Source: an uncultured delta proteobacterium (lineage in GTDB: Bacteria > Desulfobacterota > Binatia > UBA9968). From it: DNA of 64,000 nucleotides. This document shows positions 56,725-64,000 of the stretch, piece by piece. Both the position numbers and the translations under genes were made by a program. How positions within the stretch are numbered: the first letter of the stretch is position 1; the number at the start of each line of letters is the position of its first letter. The notes under the pieces are model-generated. The model did not search any database. It was given only the letters and a program-made list of their open reading frames with translations, and was not told the origin of the DNA. The stretch spans positions 64,001 to 128,000 of the forward strand of contig CAWFJP010000011.1 in the NCBI GenBank assembly GCA_963816145.1. The letters are read 5' to 3'.

Positions 56725-57313
56725 CGCGCAGTCCGCGCTGCCAAAGGTACTCCGGTTCACCCATTTGATGGCTGATCCAGCGCGCCAAAACAAAAAACAA
56801 ATCGCTCAGCCGATTTAGATATTTGATCATGTCGTCATTGATGATTTCCTCGCGCGACAAGCGCAAGACATCCCGTTCGACACGCCGGCACACCGTGCGG
56901 CACTGGTGCAAATAGGCGCCAATGCGCCCGCCCCCCGGCAAGATAAACGATTGCAACGGTTCAAGATCCTTCTGACACTGGTCGATCCATTTTTCCAGCC
57001 GCTTGATCTCATCGGCGCCGACCCGATACATGCCTGCTTGGAAAAACTCCGGCGGCGTCGCCAGCTCGCTGCCGATATCGAACAGCTCGTCTTGGATCTG
57101 GCATAGCACCTCGTCGAGAAATCGATGCCCTTCGCCGGATTCACGGTCTTCCTCGTTGAACACCCGCGCCAGGCCGACAACGGAGTTGAGCTCGTCAACC
57201 GCGCCGTAAGCTTCCACCCGAAGCGAGTCCTTGGCGACGCGCTTGCCGCCGACCAGCGCGGTGTCGCCGCGATCGCCGGTGCGCGTGTAAACTTTATTGA
57301 TACGAACAGCCAT
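56702..57313 (-). CDS. pduO: ATP:cob(I)alamin adenosyltransferase, PduO type
   Basis: KVYTRTGD.G.T, AYGAVDELNS, FILPGG, RTVCRR.ER and YLNRLSD motifs. Confidence 0.93.
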   Translation of the reverse strand: MAVRINKVYTRTGDRGDTALVGGKRVAKDSLRVEAYGAVDELNSVVGLARVFNEEDRESGEGHRFLDEVLCQIQDELFDIGSELATPPEFFQAGMYRVGADEIKRLEKWIDQCQKDLEPLQSFILPGGGRIGAYLHQCRTVCRRVERDVLRLSREEIINDDMIKYLNRLSDLFFVLARWISHQMGEPEYLWQRGLRGQGKSKK

Positions 57314-57319
57314 GAAGAT

Positions 57320-57403
57320 TAATGAATAGTTGACAATGGATAATTGATAATGGAAGCGAATTTGAGTCTGTCATTGCCAATTATCCATTATCAATTCTCA
57401 ATT
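57320..57403. repeat. Heptamer-periodic inverted repeat (TAATKGA / CAATTAT)
   Basis: taatgaa-tagttga-caatgga-taattga-taatgga ... tcattgc-caattat-ccattat-caattct-caatt. Confidence 0.85.
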
Positions 57404-58772
57404 AAGCCTTCTGCGATTTACTGCGCCAAATCAAATAGGCTGGGATGCCTAAGCAAACGATGAAGAGTCCGATCAGCGATTCTTTAGGCTTCTCCGTCAC
57501 CGAGCCCCAGACGATCCAGAGATTCACCATGACAAAAAGTATCGGCACGACCGGATAACCCCAGAGTCGATAGGGCCGTTTGAGGTCCGGCCGTTTGAAA
57601 CGAAGCACGATCACCGAGCCCACGGTGAAGGCCGAAAACAGCGTGATCACCACGCTAACGTAGGTGAACAAAGTACCCCAGGTGTTGGTGAGAATCAGCA
57701 AACAACTCCACAATGCCTGCAGCAAAATCGCTTTGGTTGGTGTACCGAAATTGGGGTGAATATAAGTCAGCTGCTGAAAGAATACGCCATCCTTCGCCAT
57801 GGCGTAGTAGATTCGCGGCCCGATCATGGTTACGACGTTGAGCGCGCCCAGGATCGAAACGGTTATAATCCCAGTGATCCAAGCAGAGGTCTTATAGCCG
57901 AATAGCGCCGTAGTCGCGACTTCGGACATGCGCAGCGCGCCCTTCATCTCGGTGACCGGCACCGCATAGATGTAAACCGCGTTGATCGCCAAGTAGAGGA
58001 CGATTACGATCAAGACACCGTACATCAACGCTCGGGGTAGATTCCTATCAGGGTCTTTCACCTCGCCGGCGATATAGGTCACTGCGTTCCAGCCAGAATA
58101 AGCGAAGATCACCGGAATGAACGCCGCGCCGAATAAACTCGAGTTGCCGATTTTGTCCCAGTCGAAAAGCGGCTCGAAGTGACTGGTGTTGCCGTTGCCG
58201 AAAAAGACGCCGAGAAGAATGATCCCGAGGAGCGCACCGATCTTCAAGATCGTCAAGATATTCTGCGTCACAGTTCCTTGCCGGACGCCCAGACAGTGAA
58301 GTCCCGACAACAACAACACGATCCCCATGGAGAATAGCGTGCCGATTTTGACAGTGATCGGTATCACCGGTATCGCCAGGGAAAAGATAACGTCTTCGGA
58401 TCCTAAGATGGGGACGAAGAAAGACGTAAAGCCATTCAAAATAACCGACAGGAATGCGATGGCACCGGAAAAAGTCACGAGAAAAGAGGACCAACCGGAG
58501 AGAAATCCCATCAGTTGGCCGTAAGCCTCCCGGATGTAGATGTAGTCACCACCCGCATAGGGCAAGCTTGCGGCCAATTCAGCACAGGTGAGAGCGCCGG
58601 CGAGTGCGAGCAAACCGCCAAAAAGCCAAACAAGAAGTACCCCGCCGGGCGTCGGCAAGGTCTCCGCGATCGCCCCGGTAGAGATAAAAATTCCCGTGCC
58701 GATCATATCGCCGGCAATCAACATCACCGCGGAGAATAACCCAATTTGCCGTTTGAGTTCGGTTTGCGCCAT
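57402..58772 (-). CDS. APC family amino acid permease
   Basis: IGTGIF, AEL...P.AGG.Y, FAYSGWN and RPY..WGYP motifs; about 12 TM helices. Confidence 0.92.
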   Translation of the reverse strand: MAQTELKRQIGLFSAVMLIAGDMIGTGIFISTGAIAETLPTPGGVLLVWLFGGLLALAGALTCAELAASLPYAGGDYIYIREAYGQLMGFLSGWSSFLVTFSGAIAFLSVILNGFTSFFVPILGSEDVIFSLAIPVIPITVKIGTLFSMGIVLLLSGLHCLGVRQGTVTQNILTILKIGALLGIILLGVFFGNGNTSHFEPLFDWDKIGNSSLFGAAFIPVIFAYSGWNAVTYIAGEVKDPDRNLPRALMYGVLIVIVLYLAINAVYIYAVPVTEMKGALRMSEVATTALFGYKTSAWITGIITVSILGALNVVTMIGPRIYYAMAKDGVFFQQLTYIHPNFGTPTKAILLQALWSCLLILTNTWGTLFTYVSVVITLFSAFTVGSVIVLRFKRPDLKRPYRLWGYPVVPILFVMVNLWIVWGSVTEKPKESLIGLFIVCLGIPAYLIWRSKSQKA

Positions 58773-58897
58773 AACGATTACGCATACAGGGAAACGACAA
58801 AACAGGCAAATCTTATTCGAGCCGCGCTGCGCTTAATTCCGCGCCGTGGAAATGCTAATTCTTGTACTGCCCTGCCGCAGAATCTAAGGAGACGTTC

Positions 58898-59563
58898 ATG
58901 AGGTTGTTCCTGACTTTAGTTGGCTCGTTGCTCGCGGTTACCGTATATGCCCAAGACCCAGCCAAGCGCGATCAGCAGCAAATGCACCAGCTGCACAACG
59001 ATCCCAAAGCCTATATGAAGGCCTTAGAGGACCCCAAGCGCGATGAATATCAAAAACCGCATGAGGTGCTGACCGCGCTCAATATAAAGCCCGGTGAAGT
59101 GATCGCCGACATCGGCGCCGGCACGGGCTATTTCACCTTTCGTCTGGCGCACTTCGTCGGCGCCAAGGGCAAAGTCTACGCCGTCGACGTCAGTCCCGAT
59201 ATGATTCGCCATATCAACCGGCGCATACGCGAAACCAACGCGGCCAACGTCGTCTCGATCCTGGCCGAGCCCGACGACCCGCTTTTGGCGGACCGATCGG
59301 TGAATCGCATTTTCATCTGCGATGTCTGGCACCATGTCGAGAATCAGACGAAATATCTCTCGCTAATGAAGAAGATCCTCAAACCCGGCGGCGAGGTCGT
59401 GATGATCGACTTTCACAAAAAAGAACTGCCGGTCGGCCCGCCCATGCAAATGAAAGTCGCCCGCGAGGATCTCATCAAACAAATGGAAGCCAATGGCTTT
59501 CGCTTGGCAAAAGAACACACATTCCTGCCGCACCAGTATTTTTTGATCTTCGCTGCGAAATAG
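58898..59563 (+). CDS. Exported class I SAM-dependent methyltransferase
   Basis: AAGGAG RBS, signal peptide, ADIGAGTGYF, FLPHQYF. Confidence 0.85.
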   Translation: MRLFLTLVGSLLAVTVYAQDPAKRDQQQMHQLHNDPKAYMKALEDPKRDEYQKPHEVLTALNIKPGEVIADIGAGTGYFTFRLAHFVGAKGKVYAVDVSPDMIRHINRRIRETNAANVVSILAEPDDPLLADRSVNRIFICDVWHHVENQTKYLSLMKKILKPGGEVVMIDFHKKELPVGPPMQMKVAREDLIKQMEANGFRLAKEHTFLPHQYFLIFAAK

Positions 59564-59592
59564 CAGCGCGGTCGTCAAATTTGCGAAATTTC

Positions 59593-59616
59593 GTAGGGAT
59601 GTATGGCATACACCCT
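59593..59616. repeat. GTAG-family REP-like palindrome between convergent genes
   Basis: gtagggatgtatg-gcatacaccct. Confidence 0.5.
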
Positions 59617-59642
59617 CTTCTCAGCGTTCTTTATGGCGAGTT

Positions 59643-60737
59643 CTACCCGATGCCATAGAATCGGATCGCGTTCTGGTAAAGGATCGCGTCTTTGTCCAAT
59701 CCCGACAGTTCACCAGTCTCGATCAACTCGTCCAACTCTTTCGCACAGGTCGCGGCATTGACCTCATGGGGAAAATCGCTGGAGTACATGAACGGTTCGT
59801 TGCCGACCATTTGAACGGCTTTGCGGAGCAGCGGCTCGCCGCCCTCGCAGCCGACGAAGATTCGTCGCGCTTTGACATGGCTAATGATGTAGTCGCTGAC
59901 TTTTTCACCGGGCCGTAGTTTAAGATAACTGCCGCGCAGATCGCGCATAACGTGAGTGTCGTAGGATCGATCGAAGCGCTCGAGGCAAAATAGCAACCAA
60001 GCCACGCCGCCTTCGAGAAAACCGAAGCGAATCCTCGGGAACCGCTCCAACACTCCGTTGAAAACAATCGATGCCAACGAAATCATCTGGCCCAGCGGAT
60101 GGCCGATGGCGTGCACCGCCGCGTAGGGATCGAGGCCATCCATGCCCATGTTGCCATGGACACCGCCATGGATGGCGATGCAGCAGCCGAGTTCATCGGC
60201 GGCTTGATAAATGGGAAAGTATGTCGGCGTGCCCAACGGCGGCGCGTGCAAACTATTCGACGGCAATACCGTACCGCACATGCCCAGCTGGGTCACAGCG
60301 CGCCGCAGCTCAGCGGCCGCAGCCTGTGGATCGATCAGTGCTTGCGGCAGAAGCGCCAGGCCGCGAAAGCGCGAACTCGGCTTCAAGTATGTCTCGTGCA
60401 GCCAGTCATTGTACGCTCTTGTGGCATCGACGGCCCAATCCGGGTTGACGATGTTCGCCGAAGCCACGCCGGCGGTCGGATAGAGCACGGTCGCCTCGAT
60501 GCCAACCTCCTCCAAGAACGCCAGCCATTCTTTCGGCCCGACCTTCCGATTGAACGCCCCCGGCGGCATGTCCACCAGATGGCCGGCATGCAAATGATCG
60601 AAAGGCGGAAACGGATTGAACGGCTGCTCACGCGCCTTGTCTCGATAGGCCTGCGGCATCCGCGCAATGATCGCCGCCGCATCCTCAGCGACATGACCGT
60701 CAGCGTCGATGATCCGTCGTTTTTCTAGCGTCGCCAT
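59643..60737 (-). CDS. Amidohydrolase family protein (Amidohydro_2)
   Basis: IIDADGH, VLYPT, AYNDW, FLEGG..W and SSDFPH motifs. Confidence 0.9.
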   Translation of the reverse strand: MATLEKRRIIDADGHVAEDAAAIIARMPQAYRDKAREQPFNPFPPFDHLHAGHLVDMPPGAFNRKVGPKEWLAFLEEVGIEATVLYPTAGVASANIVNPDWAVDATRAYNDWLHETYLKPSSRFRGLALLPQALIDPQAAAAELRRAVTQLGMCGTVLPSNSLHAPPLGTPTYFPIYQAADELGCCIAIHGGVHGNMGMDGLDPYAAVHAIGHPLGQMISLASIVFNGVLERFPRIRFGFLEGGVAWLLFCLERFDRSYDTHVMRDLRGSYLKLRPGEKVSDYIISHVKARRIFVGCEGGEPLLRKAVQMVGNEPFMYSSDFPHEVNAATCAKELDELIETGELSGLDKDAILYQNAIRFYGIG

Positions 60738-60787
60738 ACGCAGTCTCCTCTCTTTCTCGCAGGTGCTCCCATCTGGCACTTCTTATT

Positions 60788-61023
60788 TCCTCCCCCTCGA
60801 CGGGGGAGGATCAAGGTGGGGGTGCCCGACAATTTCAATAACGTGCGTAGCACCCCCATCCTAGCCTTCCCCCCTCGGAGACTGTGTCGCAATGCGCAAA
60901 CGCCCCACATCTGTCATCCCGAGCGCAGCGAGGGATCTCGTGTTTTCAGCCACATACGAAGAAGAGATTTCTCGGCTTCACCTCGAAATGACAGTTGCGA
61001 CACAGTCTGTCGAGGGGGAAGGA
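60788..61023. repeat. REP doublet (CCTCCCCC..GGGGGAGG / CCTTCCCCC..GGGGGAAGG), second palindrome interrupted by an insertion
   Basis: ttcctccccctcgacgggggaggatcaaggtgggggtg ... cacccccatcctagccttcccccctcg[insert]tcgagggggaagg. Confidence 0.75.
60878..61009. mobile_element. MITE-like element with 14-bp terminal inverted repeats, carrying an internal REP-like palindrome
   Basis: AGACTGTGTCGCAA (60879-60892) / TTGCGACACAGTCT (60995-61008); flanking TCG direct repeat; internal TGTCATCCCGAG...CTCGAAATGACA. Confidence 0.75.
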
Positions 61024-61145
61024 ATAAGACGTTGAATCACGCCCTACGTCTGACATAACAAAGCTGCTAGTTCATGTTCAACGCGATTCGATCTTGCTTG
61101 TTTCGATCCCAACATCGTATACAACATCAATCTCGGAGGTCCTCC

Positions 61146-62078
61146 ATGAAAATCATGGTCGTCGGCAGCAGCGGCTACATCGGCCGTCACGTCGTGAAAA
61201 ATTTGGCAGCCCAAGGCGCTGATGTCGTAGCATTCGACCTCGTGCCCGCGCCCGCACAGTGGTCGGCGACGGGCGTACCATTCATTCAAGGCAACATGAC
61301 CAACTTAGAAGAAATCATGTCGGCAGTCCTAGAAAATGGCGTCCAACGCATCATCGCCCTGGGCTACTACATGACGCCGCTGCTCTCGCCCGAATGCCGC
61401 GATTTGTTGAACGCTGCCCGCGTCAACATCATCGGCGTGACCAACCTATTCGAAGCCGCGCGCCTGGCGAAAATCCAGCGCGTCATCTTCGCCAGCACCG
61501 TCGGCATCTTCGGCTACCAGGACGGCTACGGCCCGGAACCGATCGATGAAAACACCGAACCGCGCGCGCCGAAAAGTCTCTACGGCTTGATGAAGCTCGT
61601 CAACAACGGTTTAGCCGAACGCTACACCAAAGCCTACGGCGTCCAGATCGTCAAAGTCCACTCCGCCGCCGTCATTGGACCAGGCAACACCGCCTTTTCC
61701 AAGCGCATGATCCAAGATCCAGCCCTGGGAAACCCCGGCTTCGGCAACTGGCCGTCCGCCGGCCCGCGCAACATTGTCGGCGTCGGCGACATCGCCCAGC
61801 TCTACACCAAGATGGCGCTGGCCAACGAAGTGAAAGAAGACACCTACATGGGCACCGGCCCAAGTCCCACGGGCAACGAACTGGCCGCCTTCGTCAAGAG
61901 GTTTATACCGAACGCCGAAATCAGCTTCGACGAAAAAGCCCGCGTGCCGGCATGGAACTTCGACAACTCAAAGGCGGTGAGAGAATTCGGCTGGCAGATT
62001 CAGCCGGTTGAAGAAATGGTATTGGACGAGATCAATGGCACAAGAGCAATAGCAGGCTTACCGCTTGTCGGTGCTTAA
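61146..62078 (+). CDS. NAD-dependent epimerase/dehydratase (extended SDR)
   Basis: GSSGYIG, FAST and YGLMK (YxxxK) motifs. Confidence 0.88.
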   Translation: MKIMVVGSSGYIGRHVVKNLAAQGADVVAFDLVPAPAQWSATGVPFIQGNMTNLEEIMSAVLENGVQRIIALGYYMTPLLSPECRDLLNAARVNIIGVTNLFEAARLAKIQRVIFASTVGIFGYQDGYGPEPIDENTEPRAPKSLYGLMKLVNNGLAERYTKAYGVQIVKVHSAAVIGPGNTAFSKRMIQDPALGNPGFGNWPSAGPRNIVGVGDIAQLYTKMALANEVKEDTYMGTGPSPTGNELAAFVKRFIPNAEISFDEKARVPAWNFDNSKAVREFGWQIQPVEEMVLDEINGTRAIAGLPLVGA

Positions 62079-62443
62079 GCAAGCCTTCCAACTCTCAACC
62101 ACCTGGCCGATGCTATCGATAATGCAACGAACCATTCAGTCGAAGCTTCTAGCATCAATCACCAATCGCAAGCGAGTCATTCTAGATCCCATTAAACCGC
62201 TTCGGATTGTTCGACATAATCTTGCGCCTTAGATCCGCCGGTAAACCGATGCGCTCGATGAACCTTTTCACTTCTGCGGGTCGCGCACCCATGCTGTTCT
62301 TTTCCAGCGAAGGTTTGGGCCAGGAGATCCAATTCATTTGATTCGAGTCTACTGCTTTTCCCTAAATTAGCCACGCTGAACTCCAGCCCCTAATCGCTCA
62401 GCCGAGTTGAAATAATCGAAGGATTCTATAAAAAAGACGGACC

Positions 62444-63100
62444 ATGAATTGGCAAGATCCGATCGACTTCGAAGCCGGCAACCACGGCAACAAACCCTTC
62501 TCGATTCGCATTCCGGCACTGGTCGTCACCCGCGGCAAAAACGATCGTTTGAACTTTTTGACCGCCATGTGGTTCACGCCGACCGGCGCCGAACCGTCGC
62601 GCATGATCGTCGCGATTCAAAAGAAAACGCTCACTTACGACTATTTATTGGGCCGCGGCGAGTTCGTCATGAGCGCGCCGACCGATCAGATGATGGACGT
62701 GGTCGTCTTCGCCGGCTACATCTCCGGCCACGATGTCGACAAATGGAAAGCGGCGAAGCTCACGGCTGTGCAATCGTCAAAAATCTCCGTGCCGCTGATC
62801 GGTGAAGCGATCGGCAACGTCGAATACAAAGTCGTCAATCAGATTCCCTTCGACGACACCATGGACCTGTTCGTCGGCGAAGTCCTCGCCACTCATATTC
62901 GCAAAGGCGTCATGGAAGGCGAGCTTTATCGCGAGGACTCCAACCCGCTGCTCTACATGGGGACTAAGTACGACGACCACGGAAAGTCCATGGGCAAATA
63001 CTACGCTCATTTTCACGGCGTCGGCAAAGCCGACTATGAATCGCCGCTATTGAAGGAATACCTGTCGCGGCCCAAACGGCGGCCGGAGAAAAAGGACTGA
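62444..63100 (+). CDS. Flavin reductase family protein
   Basis: P.LVVT, SG.DVDKW, VPLIGEA..EYKV and LFVGEV motifs. Confidence 0.85.
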   Translation: MNWQDPIDFEAGNHGNKPFSIRIPALVVTRGKNDRLNFLTAMWFTPTGAEPSRMIVAIQKKTLTYDYLLGRGEFVMSAPTDQMMDVVVFAGYISGHDVDKWKAAKLTAVQSSKISVPLIGEAIGNVEYKVVNQIPFDDTMDLFVGEVLATHIRKGVMEGELYREDSNPLLYMGTKYDDHGKSMGKYYAHFHGVGKADYESPLLKEYLSRPKRRPEKKD

Positions 63101-63122
63101 GCCGTTTTTTTCCAATCGAACC

Positions 63123-64000
63123 ATGAAGCGAAATAGCACAATCCTGATTCTTTTGTTTATCGCACTCGCCCTGGTCGTTGCCGCCAGCGCTGAGGCGCAG
63201 GAACGCGAGAAGCTGCGCGTCAGCACTCTCTTTATCGGCTCGTCGTTGGTGCCTTTCTGGATCGGTCAGGAGCAAGGTATATTCGCCAAGTATGGAATCG
63301 ACGTCGAGTTGATTTGGATGCAGTCCAATCTCTCTACCGCGGCGCTCCTGGCCGGCGAAGTCGATACCGCCTTCGGCACGCCACAATCGCTGTTCGCCGT
63401 GCTGACGGCGAAGAATCCGCCGCCGTTGATCACGATCGCTGCATGGGGCTCCGCTTCGGAACACTGGCTGGTGGTCAATCCGGCGATCAAGACCGGCAAG
63501 GATCTTGAGGGCAAGACTGTCGGCGTCAGCCGGCCGCGCTCGGCCGACCACGGCTACACCACGGTAATTCTCGAACGCATGGGCGTCGATCCGCGCAAGA
63601 TCACATTTCTATCAACCGGCGGTCAGGGACAGCGCGCCGCGGCGGTGGAAGCGGCAACCACCATGGGCAGTTCGTTCAACCGCTATTATACCTTGCAACT
63701 CAAGCGCAAAGGCTTTCGCGATCTCGCCAGACTCGAGCGACCCGACTATCCGTTCCCGCCGTCGATCTTCGTCGCCAAAAAAGACACGTTGCAGAATAAG
63801 CGGCGCGCTTTCAAAGCTCTGCTCACTGCCATGATGGACGCGTCGGAGCGGCAGAAGAGCAGCAAAGAACTATCACTGCGGCTAATCCGCAAAAATCTGC
63901 GCATCCAGAATCCCGAAGTCGTCGAGGCCGCCTATGAAGACGGTGTAACGCTCAGCTACCCCTATTTCACCGAGCGCCAATTCAAAATTTCTTTGGAACT
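63123..64000 (+). CDS. ABC substrate-binding protein (NMT1/THI5-like), 3'-truncated by window edge
   Basis: Manual translation MKRNSTILILLFIALALVVAASAEAQEREKLRVS...GIFAKYGIDVELI...DLEGKTVGV. Not in the ORF track. Confidence 0.85.
   Translation, partial: MKRNSTILILLFIALALVVAASAEAQEREKLRVSTLFIGSSLVPFWIGQEQGIFAKYGIDVELIWMQSNLSTAALLAGEVDTAFGTPQSLFAVLTAKNPPPLITIAAWGSASEHWLVVNPAIKTGKDLEGKTVGVSRPRSADHGYTTVILERMGVDPRKITFLSTGGQGQRAAAVEAATTMGSSFNRYYTLQLKRKGFRDLARLERPDYPFPPSIFVAKKDTLQNKRRAFKALLTAMMDASERQKSSKELSLRLIRKNLRIQNPEVVEAAYEDGVTLSYPYFTERQFKISLE

Noticed and set aside
39730-57403. CRISPR array interpretation of the short repeats
   Set aside because: Units are 7-9 nt, degenerate and tandem, without unique 30-40 nt spacers; no cas genes.
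62079-62443. Small gene or RNA in the 365-nt gap
   Set aside because: The 60-aa ORF has no motif or clear RBS, and no convincing structure was seen.

Overview
Gene-dense, GC-rich chromosomal window from a Gram-negative bacterium. The repertoire (many NMT1/THI5-type ABC binding proteins, several UbiD paralogs, futalosine-type MqnL/MqnP, AmgK-MurU) suggests a deltaproteobacterium such as Candidatus Binatia; this is inference only. In order, the window holds: a two-gene glutamine-dependent NAD synthetase; a small glutaredoxin-like selenoprotein with two in-frame UGA codons that the ORF track missed; amgK-murU; a prenyltransferase-repeat/DUF362 pair; sodC and a ZIP transporter; a ~12 kb island of one GT2 and five GT-C-type membrane glycosyltransferases (four with TPR tails, two TMTC-like); mqnL-mqnP; tauE; TPR lipoproteins; a frameshifted porin; BamD with a very long tail; an RND efflux locus; a divergent catabolic cluster (LLM, two UbiD, Mo-hydroxylase MSL interrupted by a toxin-antitoxin pair, ABC importers); and housekeeping genes (fabI, pduO). 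The most striking non-coding signal is a set of about 15 sequence-diverse 7-9 nt periodic repeat arrays, often mirrored as inverted arms. They occupy most operon junctions from 39.7 to 57.4 kb and sometimes enter coding sequence. There is also a nested REP/MITE/REP element near 60.9 kb. No rRNA, tRNA, CRISPR array or transposase was recognised.
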